Assembly (NCBI GenBank): GCA_021162205.1
Contig: JAGGZE010000070.1
Coordinates: forward strand, 1-46,849
DNA from: a bacterium
GTDB lineage: Bacteria; UBP14; UBA6098; B30-G16
Length of the DNA stretch: 46,849 nucleotides
Direction: 5' to 3'
Made by a program: the position numbers and the translations under genes. Position 1 is the first letter of the stretch. The number at the start of each line of letters is the position of its first letter. Below the pieces are notes generated by a model, which was not told the origin of the DNA, did not search any database, and saw only the letters and a program-made list of their open reading frames with translations. Positions 16,615 through 25,230 of the stretch are shown here, one piece after another.

Positions 16615-18600
16615 ATGAGAAAGATAATTTTAACTATAACAGCGCTTATTGCAGTGGTATTGTTCGTTAGCTGTGCGCCGAAAGGGAGTCAGCATTTCGG
16701 ATTTGCTCATCCTGAATTTAATAAAGTGCCTCCAGAAATTATGGCAAAAATTGTCGATGCGGGAGATGCTTTCACCTATCCCGATGCTAATGCTATCGTT
16801 ATCGAAAATGTGGACAGTAGTATATTTGAAGAGAATGGAGCCGTAACTCAATACTCATATTCACTCGAGAAACCACTAACTCCACAGGGTTTGAAAGATG
16901 AAAGCGTTACTAATTTGTCTTATGATAGTCAAATGATGACAATCGATATATTTTATGCTGGAGTTATTCATCCCGATTCGACAATCGAATTTGTTCCCGA
17001 TAGCGAAATCATCGACCAAGTGGCATCCGAGGGTGCGATGGATATTTATTGGACAAATTTGCGCAAGAAGACAATCCATTTCCCCAAACTTTATCCCGGT
17101 GATGCAGTGGTTCTTGCGTATAAATATACGATACTGAAACCATATTTTGATGGTGTCATTTCAGGTTCTGCTGGTTTTCAATCGACCGAACCGATTCACA
17201 GCAATCGTTCTGTGAACCTTATTCCTAAATCGAGAATCGGCGAAGTTCATTATAAAATTATGAATGACAATAAGGATTTGGTTAAATTTAAGGAATATGA
17301 CTGGAAAGATTATCATGCACTTGTTTGGGAAGCTGACAGCACACGAGCGTTCGTGCCTGAATTCGGTATGCCATCTGCAAGTAGATATGTCCCGTTGGTA
17401 TTGTTCTCAAATGTAACCTGGAAAGAACTTTCTCGTAAAGCCTGGGATATAACCGAACCGCCTATGAAAATAACCGACTCCGAAATTCCCAAAATGGTGA
17501 AATCGCTTGTGGAAACTTGCAAAAGCGAAATGGATTCGATTAAAGCTATTGCTATTTGGGCTTCGCAGGATGTAAGATATGTTGGGCTTTCACTCGGTGA
17601 TAAGGAAGGAATTACTCCTCACGATGTCAATGAAACATTTGCAGCTCGAAGTGGTGTATGTAAGGATAAAGCGGCGCTCGCTGTTGCTATGTTCCGTGAA
17701 GCTGGATTCGATGCCTACAATGTTCTAACAAATCCGATGGGATATATCATTTACGATGTAGCTGTCAATCAATTCAATCATCAGATAACGATGGTTCGCA
17801 CAAGAAATGGCAAGGAGCATTTTTTCGATACAACTGTCGACCTTGCGGATACACTTCCAGGATATTATAGCAGAAAAGGTTATCTTGTTCTTTCAAAAGA
17901 AGGTGAGGACCTTAAATATTTCCCGCTTATAGGACCTGAAATAAATAATGGAAATATTATCGCCGATTCAAAAATCGACGATGCTGGAAATCTTACAAGC
18001 ACTGTGGTTATCACGGGCAGTGGAATTTACGATATGGTCATTCGTCAAATTCAGCAGGTGCTGGAAAAAGAAGATAGGGAAAGATTTTTCCGCAGGATGA
18101 TAAATCAAATCGACCCGAGTGCAAAATTAGTGGATTTAAAATTTGAACCCGATTCTCCTACCGACCTTTTTAAACCCGCAAAAATAACTCTTAAATACGA
18201 AATACCTGATTTTGCAATCGATGCGGGAGATTATCTACTGTTATCTGCACCGTGCGCTCAGCATATTTTCGATATATTAAGCAGTTCACTTTCAGAATAT
18301 ACTAAACTCGATGATAGGAAATATCCGTTGGAAATTCAATTCACGATAGGTTCGGATATAACCGAAACGATACAACTTCCAGCAGACTATAAACCCAAAA
18401 GTATTCCCAATAATGTGAATATAAACAATAAATATTTTAAATATTCGATGGATTATGGTATTCGAGGGAAAACGGTAACCTATAAATCATCGTTAAAACT
18501 TCCCGATATCGATGTTCCGCTGAAAGATTATACTGAGTTCAGGAAGTCTTACACAAATTATAAAAATTCTGAAAAGGGAATGTTATTTTTAAATCGCTAA
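16615..18600 (+). CDS. lipoprotein with DUF3857-like N-terminus, transglutaminase-like Cys-protease core and DUF3858-like C-terminus
   Basis: 661 aa with lipobox 'LFVSC'. Core motifs are 'SGVCKDKAALAVAMFREAGFDA' (Cys), 'FNHQITMV' (His) and 'FFDTT' (Asp). SD aggggg. Confidence 0.75.
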   Translation: MRKIILTITALIAVVLFVSCAPKGSQHFGFAHPEFNKVPPEIMAKIVDAGDAFTYPDANAIVIENVDSSIFEENGAVTQYSYSLEKPLTPQGLKDESVTNLSYDSQMMTIDIFYAGVIHPDSTIEFVPDSEIIDQVASEGAMDIYWTNLRKKTIHFPKLYPGDAVVLAYKYTILKPYFDGVISGSAGFQSTEPIHSNRSVNLIPKSRIGEVHYKIMNDNKDLVKFKEYDWKDYHALVWEADSTRAFVPEFGMPSASRYVPLVLFSNVTWKELSRKAWDITEPPMKITDSEIPKMVKSLVETCKSEMDSIKAIAIWASQDVRYVGLSLGDKEGITPHDVNETFAARSGVCKDKAALAVAMFREAGFDAYNVLTNPMGYIIYDVAVNQFNHQITMVRTRNGKEHFFDTTVDLADTLPGYYSRKGYLVLSKEGEDLKYFPLIGPEINNGNIIADSKIDDAGNLTSTVVITGSGIYDMVIRQIQQVLEKEDRERFFRRMINQIDPSAKLVDLKFEPDSPTDLFKPAKITLKYEIPDFAIDAGDYLLLSAPCAQHIFDILSSSLSEYTKLDDRKYPLEIQFTIGSDITETIQLPADYKPKSIPNNVNINNKYFKYSMDYGIRGKTVTYKSSLKLPDIDVPLKDYTEFRKSYTNYKNSEKGMLFLNR

Positions 18601-18637
18601 TTTTATAACTATAATCGATTGAAATTAAGGGGGAAAT

Positions 18638-20527
18638 ATGAGAAAGATTATTTTATTGACAATCGCTTTGAGTTCATTGATTTTTGCATTCGATTTCTCG
18701 GCAGATACCGTTGTTTCGCAAAATTTGAAAAAAACGATTAATTCTGTTCCACCGCACGAGGATTTTCCTAATGCATCATACTATATAATCTGCGACAGTT
18801 CGATAACGAAACTCACACAGTCCGGTTCTGAAACCGAGAGATATTTTCTCGCTAAAGCATACACATATCGTGGGAAGAAAAAATTATCGAATTTCAAAAT
18901 AATTTTCAATGCAGATTATGATGCGGTGGAACTGATTCGTGCGAGAACGATAAATGCCGATGGCGTTTCTACTGTGGATTCTACCGAGGTCAATGAAGTT
19001 ATTGCACCGGGATATTCCGCAGCTACTATTTATACCAAAATGATGCAGATGGTGATTTCCATTCCGGCATTTGCTGAAAGCTCGGTTATCGAGATTCACT
19101 ACAAAACCAAAACCAGCAAGGATGCGCCGATACCATTCGGGGGGATGAATGTTCTTGTCGGTGAAGAACCTGCTAAAAAAGTTTTTTTCGCGCTATCGGG
19201 CAAAAAGATAAACTATAAATCTATTTCCGGCGCTCCAAAACCAAAAATTGCAGGCAACACAGCAAGCTGGACAATTAAGGATTATAAGGGTGCTCAATTT
19301 GAATCTAATATGTTGCCGCTTCGAGAAATTATGCCGACTGTTCTATATAGTGCTTCTCGGAATTGGGTCGATGAATTGGAATCTATCACAGGGATGTTCT
19401 TACCTCATACTGTCGGTGACGACGATATAACTGCATTGGCGGAATCGCTTTCTACGGGGAAATCCAAACGAGATGCACTCGAAAGCATTTTATATTACAT
19501 TCAGGAGAAATTCAATAGGATACATATAAGTCCCAATCGTGTCGGCTATCGTCCAAACGATGCCGGTATCGTTCTTAAAAATGGCTATGGCGACAGCAGA
19601 GACCTTTCGGTTTTGCTTATCTCTATGCTGCAAGCGATTAAAATACAGGCAAAACCTGCTCTCGTTGCATCGGGTGGTGCAAAAATCCAGGATTTTCCTT
19701 CGGTTCATCAATTTTCGAGAATGGTCGTTATGGTTGAACTCGATGGTAAAATTTTATATCTCGACCCGATACAGGAATATGCATCCGCTGGGTTTCTTGG
19801 AAGTGCTAATGGTGAAAAGTCGTTGATAATATCACCGGGTGAAACTAAATTAAATGAAATTCCTGCTATTCGCCCCGACGATAATATGGCGATTAATACT
19901 TACGATTTGAGTCTCGATGCCTCGGGAAATATTGCTGGCGAAATCACTACTACTGTAATCGGTGATGCTGCGGGTTCGATTCGTTCTATGTTCCGTCATG
20001 CTAAAAAGAGCAAGAAAAAACAGAAATTTCAGAAAGCTGCATCTAATGTTGCAGATGGTGCAAAAATCGAAGGTGAACCTAAAATGGATGGTATCGAAAC
20101 CAATTCGGGCAAAGCGACTATCGAATTTTCATTTACTGCTAATAATTTCCTCATCACTCAAGACCCGATGGCTATATTATGGTTACCCAATTCAGCATTC
20201 GGTTTGTTTTCACTGCCAGATATTTCTGAGGAAAAAAGAACATTCCCGATATATTTAGAGATACCGATAAAAATCGTAAAAGACATTACTATAAAAATAC
20301 CCGATGAATATAGTATTGTATATGTTCCACCTGTTACGCATATCGAGGATGAAGTTGGAACAATCGATATAACATCACAGCACGGGAATAATTCGATGCA
20401 GATTAGTATTTCACTATCATTGAAAGAAAAGCGTATTTCGACAGATGAATATGAAAAATTGCGAAATCTTGTTAGAACGATTTTTGCTAAAAAATTCAAA
20501 ATAATATTGCTGGAGAAGCAAATATAA
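18638..20527 (+). CDS. secreted paralogue of the preceding transglutaminase-like protein with Cys-to-Ser replacement at the predicted nucleophile
   Basis: 629 aa with a signal peptide. 'NGYGDSRDLSVLLISMLQAIKIQA' aligns to 'SGVCKDKAALAVAMFREAGFDA' of the neighbour. 'VHQFSRMV' and 'YLDP' keep the His/Asp positions. Confidence 0.7.
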   Translation: MRKIILLTIALSSLIFAFDFSADTVVSQNLKKTINSVPPHEDFPNASYYIICDSSITKLTQSGSETERYFLAKAYTYRGKKKLSNFKIIFNADYDAVELIRARTINADGVSTVDSTEVNEVIAPGYSAATIYTKMMQMVISIPAFAESSVIEIHYKTKTSKDAPIPFGGMNVLVGEEPAKKVFFALSGKKINYKSISGAPKPKIAGNTASWTIKDYKGAQFESNMLPLREIMPTVLYSASRNWVDELESITGMFLPHTVGDDDITALAESLSTGKSKRDALESILYYIQEKFNRIHISPNRVGYRPNDAGIVLKNGYGDSRDLSVLLISMLQAIKIQAKPALVASGGAKIQDFPSVHQFSRMVVMVELDGKILYLDPIQEYASAGFLGSANGEKSLIISPGETKLNEIPAIRPDDNMAINTYDLSLDASGNIAGEITTTVIGDAAGSIRSMFRHAKKSKKKQKFQKAASNVADGAKIEGEPKMDGIETNSGKATIEFSFTANNFLITQDPMAILWLPNSAFGLFSLPDISEEKRTFPIYLEIPIKIVKDITIKIPDEYSIVYVPPVTHIEDEVGTIDITSQHGNNSMQISISLSLKEKRISTDEYEKLRNLVRTIFAKKFKIILLEKQI

Positions 20528-20563
20528 TATAAATATGTTTATCGATAGTAGGGAGATAAATAA

Positions 20564-20995
20564 ATGAAGGGTATCGCAGGTTGTCTTATAATTATAGCAT
20601 TCGTTACATTTGCATTTGGATGGTTCACCGCTTTTCCTTATAATGGTATAAGGTTCAGTGTAGCGCCGCTATCCGATGGCAATTTCGTATGTGTCGGCAT
20701 AGATGAGGATATATATTTTCAGGGGAATATTGTCGATACAGATGGTGCGTCGATAACTGAATTCTCAGGTGAACATACATATAGCGAACTTCCATATATG
20801 AGTGTTTCCGCTTGCTCTACCGATGGATTTATATATTCATATTTACAACTCGATTCCGATGAATATATAATAGAGAAACGGTCGAATTCTGGGACTATTA
20901 TATGGTCGCCGTATAAAATTTCATCGGGAATATATACAGGCATAATATCGACAAAATATATAAATGAATCTTTTAATATACTATATATGAAATGA
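20564..20995 (+). CDS. small membrane-anchored or secreted protein of unknown function
   Basis: 143 aa with an N-terminal hydrophobic segment (CLIIIAFVTFAFGWF). SD gggag. Packed 36 nt and 13 nt from its neighbours. Confidence 0.55.
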   Translation: MKGIAGCLIIIAFVTFAFGWFTAFPYNGIRFSVAPLSDGNFVCVGIDEDIYFQGNIVDTDGASITEFSGEHTYSELPYMSVSACSTDGFIYSYLQLDSDEYIIEKRSNSGTIIWSPYKISSGIYTGIISTKYINESFNILYMK

Positions 20996-21008
20996 ACAGG
21001 AGGTTTTA

Positions 21009-22739
21009 ATGAATAGACGAATACTATATGCAGGGATAATACTATTCTTAATTGCAATTACAGTGGTTATTTTTGCTTCGGCTAAAACTAATATATATAA
21101 ACAAATTAAAATGGCGGACCAGGTCATTACTACTATATATACAGACTATGTGGACCCGATAGATTATAGAAAACTTATCAAAGGTGCAATAGATGGAATG
21201 ACATCGACACTCGACCCACACACTGTATTTTTTACACCGAAACAGTATAATGATTTAAAAATCGATACACGCGGGAAATTTGGCGGTCTTGGAATTCAAA
21301 TAGGATTGCGTGATAAATGGTTAACTGTTATCTCGCCAATAGAAGGCACACCCGCTTATCGTTCTGGTATTCAAGCTGGAGATAAAATAATTAAAATCGA
21401 AGGAGAATCCACAAAAGGAATAACAACAGAAGAAGCTGTTTCTAAACTTCGTGGAGACCCTGGCACTAAAGTAACAATCACAATTTCCCGTGAAGGCGAG
21501 CCGAAATCGTTCGATGTAATAATCGTAAGAGATATTATCGAGATAAAACCGATTCCATACTATGGACTTGTAGATGATGATATAGGTTATGTTCGACTTA
21601 CACAATTTTCAGCAGAGTCTGGCGATGAAATAAAAAATGCACTGATAGACCTCACACAACAGGGTGCTAAGGGTATTATTCTCGATTTACGAAGTAACCC
21701 GGGCGGTTTATTATCGCAAGCTGTTTCGGTTGCGAGTCAATTCTTAGGCAAGGATGCTTTGGTAGTATATACTAAAGGACGCACCGAATATCAGTCGAGA
21801 GAGTATTATACCGAAAACGAGGGAGAATATTCTACGGGTTCATTGATAGTCCTTGTCGATGGTGGAAGTGCATCGGCATCGGAAATTGTAACAGGTGCTA
21901 TTCAAGACCACGATAGAGGTGTGGTTCTCGGTATGTCGAGTTTTGGCAAAGGACTCGTTCAATCTGTTCGACCTATGTCCGATGGCACAGCACTTAAAAT
22001 CACGACAGCAAAATATTACATTCCAAGTGGTAGATGTATCCAGAAAGAAAACTATCTTAAGGGAAGAAATAGCTCGATTATATCCGATACACTGAATTAT
22101 AATCCCGATGAACAGGATCCATGGGATTTTAAATTGGAACCCGCAGATACAGATACTACAGAAGAAAAACCGCTTTATTACACTAAAGGTGGCAGAAAAG
22201 TTTATGGTGGTGGTGGAATTCAACCCGATATAAAATTTAAACCGCGGAAACTCAATAAACTCGAATTCGATATTTTCCGAAAGGGATTATTTTTCGGATT
22301 TGCTGTCCATTATGTTGCCACGCACAAAGGACAGTTGAAATCCCCAGATTTCGAGGTTACAGATAAAATGGTAAAGGAATTCAAAAATTTCATTAAGGAA
22401 AAGGATTTTGAATACAAATCACGCGAGGAGTTGATTCTCGATGAACTCGATTCTATCGCAGTGGAAGATTCTATTTCCGATACCACTATGAAAATGATAG
22501 ACAATCTTAGAAGCAGACTTATTGTCGAGGAAGAACTCGATTTTCAACGTAGTTTAAAATTTGTCAAAAGAGAAATCAAGCGGCAGCTCATTCAGGCGAT
22601 TTGGGGAGAAAAAGAACGATACCGTTTCGATTTGAAAAATGATAAAACTGTTCAGCGAGCAATAGAAGTTCTTCGAGACCATACCGAATACGAAAGTTAT
22701 TTGACCACAAGAAATATTCCAGCTGTCGAAAATAAATAA
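21009..22739 (+). CDS. S41 family C-terminal processing peptidase (Ctp/Prc-like) with PDZ domain
   Basis: 576 aa with an N-terminal anchor and a PDZ-like segment 'GGLGIQIG...GDKIIKIEG'. Catalytic contexts are 'DLRSNPGGLL', 'GGSASASEIV' (Ser) and 'SFGKGLVQ' (Lys). Confidence 0.9.
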   Translation: MNRRILYAGIILFLIAITVVIFASAKTNIYKQIKMADQVITTIYTDYVDPIDYRKLIKGAIDGMTSTLDPHTVFFTPKQYNDLKIDTRGKFGGLGIQIGLRDKWLTVISPIEGTPAYRSGIQAGDKIIKIEGESTKGITTEEAVSKLRGDPGTKVTITISREGEPKSFDVIIVRDIIEIKPIPYYGLVDDDIGYVRLTQFSAESGDEIKNALIDLTQQGAKGIILDLRSNPGGLLSQAVSVASQFLGKDALVVYTKGRTEYQSREYYTENEGEYSTGSLIVLVDGGSASASEIVTGAIQDHDRGVVLGMSSFGKGLVQSVRPMSDGTALKITTAKYYIPSGRCIQKENYLKGRNSSIISDTLNYNPDEQDPWDFKLEPADTDTTEEKPLYYTKGGRKVYGGGGIQPDIKFKPRKLNKLEFDIFRKGLFFGFAVHYVATHKGQLKSPDFEVTDKMVKEFKNFIKEKDFEYKSREELILDELDSIAVEDSISDTTMKMIDNLRSRLIVEEELDFQRSLKFVKREIKRQLIQAIWGEKERYRFDLKNDKTVQRAIEVLRDHTEYESYLTTRNIPAVENK

Positions 22740-22777
22740 TCTATCGAATGTTTAAAATATAATAGGAGGTTTTCAAA

Positions 22778-24229
22778 ATGTCCGAACTTCTATGGGAAAT
22801 CGAGAAAGAGGGGAGAATAGGTGTTAAATTACCGAAATCCGATGTCCCTAAATACGAATCGAAAAAACTATTACCCGATAATATGGTGCGAAAATCCGAG
22901 GCGAAATTTCCGCAATTAGCTGAACAGCAAGTCGTTAGGCATTTTGTCGAACTCTCTGCCAAAAATTATCATCTCGATAAAAGTATCTATCCGCTCGGTT
23001 CCTGCACGATGAAATATAATCCCAAAATAAATGAGCGTCTCGCTAACCTCGCTGGATTCACTAAAATTCATCCGCTTACTCCGGATGAATATGTGCAGGG
23101 AGCACTCGAAATTATGAGCGAACTCGGCAATGGCTTTTGCAAAATCGGTGGAATGGATGCGATAACACTTCAACCTGCCGCAGGCGCTCATGGCGAAATC
23201 ACAGGTCTTATGATAATGCGAAGATATCACGAGGCACAGGGCAATCCACGCAAAAATGTCGTAATCCCCGATTCATCGCATGGGACAAATCCTGCATCCA
23301 TCGTGCTAAGTGGATGGCAACCTATCGAAATAAAATCGGGTCCCGATGGCAAAATCGATTTGAAAACACTCGAAAAGTATCTCGATAAAGACCTTGCAGC
23401 ATTGATGGTTACGAACCCGAACACTCTCGGGATATTCGAAAGCGATATCGAAAAGGTCGCAGATATGCTTCACTCTGTCGGCGCACAACTTTATATGGAT
23501 GGTGCGAATATGAATGCGCTGCTCGGTATCGCTCGACCGGGCGATTTCGGTGTCGATGCACTTCACTATAATCTTCACAAAACATTTTCGACACCTCACG
23601 GCGGAGGCGGTCCAGGTTCGGGTCCTGTGGCTGTGAAAAATCATCTCGAACCATTTATTCCAAAGCCGAAAATTGTATTCGCAAATGGTAAATATTCACT
23701 CGATTGGGATATTCAGCAGTCGCTCGGTAAAGTTCAGGCATTTTGGGGAGCATTCGCAGTTATAGTTAAAGCTTATGCTTATATACTATCACTCGGCGCC
23801 GATGGTATCAGAAAAACATCCGAGGATGCGGTGTTGAACTCGAATTATCTGCGAGCGATTCTCGAAAAGTATTACGACCTGCCTTATAAATCGACATCGA
23901 TGCACGAGTTTGTTCTATCCGGTGAATTTTTGAAAAAATATGGTGTGAAAACTCTCGATATTGCCAAAAGATTGCTCGACCTCGGTTTTCACGCACCGAC
24001 AATCTATTTTCCATTGATTGTTCACGAGGCATTGATGATAGAACCGACCGAAACCGAGCCATTGGAAACACTCGATGCATTCGCCGATGCAATGATTCGA
24101 ATTCGCAAGGAAGCCGAGGAAAATCCCGATATTTTAAAATCCGCGCCGCACGATACAGCGGTCCGTCGGCTCGACGATGTCGCTGCAAACAGAAACCCGA
24201 TACTTACATGGTGGGATGTAAAATCGTAA
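22778..24229 (+). CDS. gcvPB: glycine dehydrogenase (decarboxylating) subunit 2
   Basis: 483 aa with PLP-lysine context 'NLHKTFSTPHGGGGPG'. SD aggagg. Confidence 0.95.
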   Translation: MSELLWEIEKEGRIGVKLPKSDVPKYESKKLLPDNMVRKSEAKFPQLAEQQVVRHFVELSAKNYHLDKSIYPLGSCTMKYNPKINERLANLAGFTKIHPLTPDEYVQGALEIMSELGNGFCKIGGMDAITLQPAAGAHGEITGLMIMRRYHEAQGNPRKNVVIPDSSHGTNPASIVLSGWQPIEIKSGPDGKIDLKTLEKYLDKDLAALMVTNPNTLGIFESDIEKVADMLHSVGAQLYMDGANMNALLGIARPGDFGVDALHYNLHKTFSTPHGGGGPGSGPVAVKNHLEPFIPKPKIVFANGKYSLDWDIQQSLGKVQAFWGAFAVIVKAYAYILSLGADGIRKTSEDAVLNSNYLRAILEKYYDLPYKSTSMHEFVLSGEFLKKYGVKTLDIAKRLLDLGFHAPTIYFPLIVHEALMIEPTETEPLETLDAFADAMIRIRKEAEENPDILKSAPHDTAVRRLDDVAANRNPILTWWDVKS

Positions 24230-24341
24230 GTCGGAATTTTTAGAAAATACAAGTTGTTGAATTGTCCTTTCACGACTCTACCGCGTGTGGGTGTATGTGG
24301 CAATTACTCATTTTGCATTGCTTCCAGCCATGGTGGGGTTT

Positions 24342-24372
24342 CATTTCCGTCGGGGCGAAATCGTAACTCGCA
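24342..24372. repeat. 31-nt direct repeat, copy 1
   Basis: catttccgtcGgggcgaaatcgtaactcgca. Identical to 24491-24521 except at position 11. Confidence 0.9.
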
Positions 24373-24490
24373 CCGGGTCGCCGATAATTAAATCCAAATG
24401 TCAAAGCTCAAATGTCAAAATCCCTTCACTATCACCCATTTAGTCATTTGGATTTTGAGCTTCATTTGTCATTTGGTTTTTGGATTTTGG

Positions 24491-24521
24491 CATTTCCGTC
24501 AGGGCGAAATCGTAACTCGCA
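24491..24521. repeat. 31-nt direct repeat, copy 2
   Basis: catttccgtcAgggcgaaatcgtaactcgca, 149 nt downstream of copy 1. Confidence 0.9.
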
Positions 24522-24617
24522 TTACCTTGCCCAGCGGACCGAGCCGCAACTTCTTGTCACGGTATTCAAGCGTAATTGGCACCGCAGTCACGATTAGATG
24601 CACAATAACGCCAGCTA

Positions 24618-24842
24618 TCAGGATAGATTCTTAAATTCTTCAAGTGTTAATCCGCTTTCCCTGATAATCTTTCGCAATGTTCCCTTTGCAATTTCCCTAT
24701 GGTCGGGAACAGTCAGGCGGCGATAGGGCGGGTCGATATTCCTCAAGATAATATGACTGCCGGTTTGGTGGTCTATGAAATACCCAAATTTCTCCAAGAT
24801 TTTGCATAGTTCGCGCCCCGATAGCACTGGCAGCTTGCTCAT
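24618..24842 (-). CDS. hicA: HicA-family mRNA interferase toxin
   Basis: 74 aa, 'LSGRELCKILEKFGYFIDHQTGSHIILRN...TVPDHREIAKGTLRKIIRESGL' (YcfA/HicA pattern). Overlaps the hicB stop by 4 nt (ATGA). Confidence 0.85.
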   Translation of the reverse strand: MSKLPVLSGRELCKILEKFGYFIDHQTGSHIILRNIDPPYRRLTVPDHREIAKGTLRKIIRESGLTLEEFKNLS

Positions 24843-25051
24843 GCCATTACCTCGACTAATTCCTCGGTGATAGGTGCGGGAATAGCTTCTCCATGCTTTT
24901 TCAGGCTTTCAAGATAACCTTTTATTGCATCGGAAATATTCTCGATGGCTTCACCACGGGTTTTTCCCTGAGAAATGCAGCCGGGCAGCGTCGGGCATTC
25001 CGCAATAAAGACACCATCCTCATCTTGTTCGATTAAAATTCTGTAGTGCAT
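24839..25051 (-). CDS. hicB: HicB-family (UPF0150) antitoxin
   Basis: 'MHYRILIEQDEDGVFIAECPTLPGCISQGKTRGEAIENISDAIKGYLESL'. The ATG at 25051 has SD aaggag 7 nt upstream. The track's longer start (25075) is rejected. Confidence 0.85.
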   Translation of the reverse strand: MHYRILIEQDEDGVFIAECPTLPGCISQGKTRGEAIENISDAIKGYLESLKKHGEAIPAPITEELVEVMA

Positions 25052-25073
25052 TATATCACTCCTTTTCAAGAGC

Positions 25074-25101
25074 AATATAATCGAGGTGAATTGATTGTCA
25101 A
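25074..25101 (-). promoter_or_regulatory. sigma70-type promoter for hicBA
   Basis: Minus strand TTGACA (25101-25096), 16-nt spacer, TATATT (25079-25074), about 20 nt upstream of the hicB SD. Confidence 0.55.
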
Positions 25102-25211
25102 GTTATATGATAGGCTTATTTATGGTGAGTTTATGCGGCATCGAGTTCGTCCTGCGGCAGACCGATTATCCATAATCACGGATGCCATATTATCTTCCTT
25201 GTGTTTGAACG

Positions 25212-25230
25212 AGGGGTTGCAACCCCTTTT
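25212..25230 (+). terminator. GC-rich palindrome plus T-run (terminator-like on the + strand)
   Basis: aggggttgcaacccct followed by ttt. No annotated + strand gene lies upstream. Confidence 0.35.

Noticed and set aside
24342-24521. The two 31-nt repeats as a mini CRISPR array.
   Set aside because: There are only two copies with a 119-nt interval, far longer than spacers. The interval is itself repetitive, and there are no cas genes in the window.
24398-24634. 78-aa and 61-aa + strand ORFs across the 31-nt repeat region.
   Set aside because: They run through the direct repeats and the word palindrome, have no SD and have an implausible composition. The region is better explained as non-coding repeat DNA.
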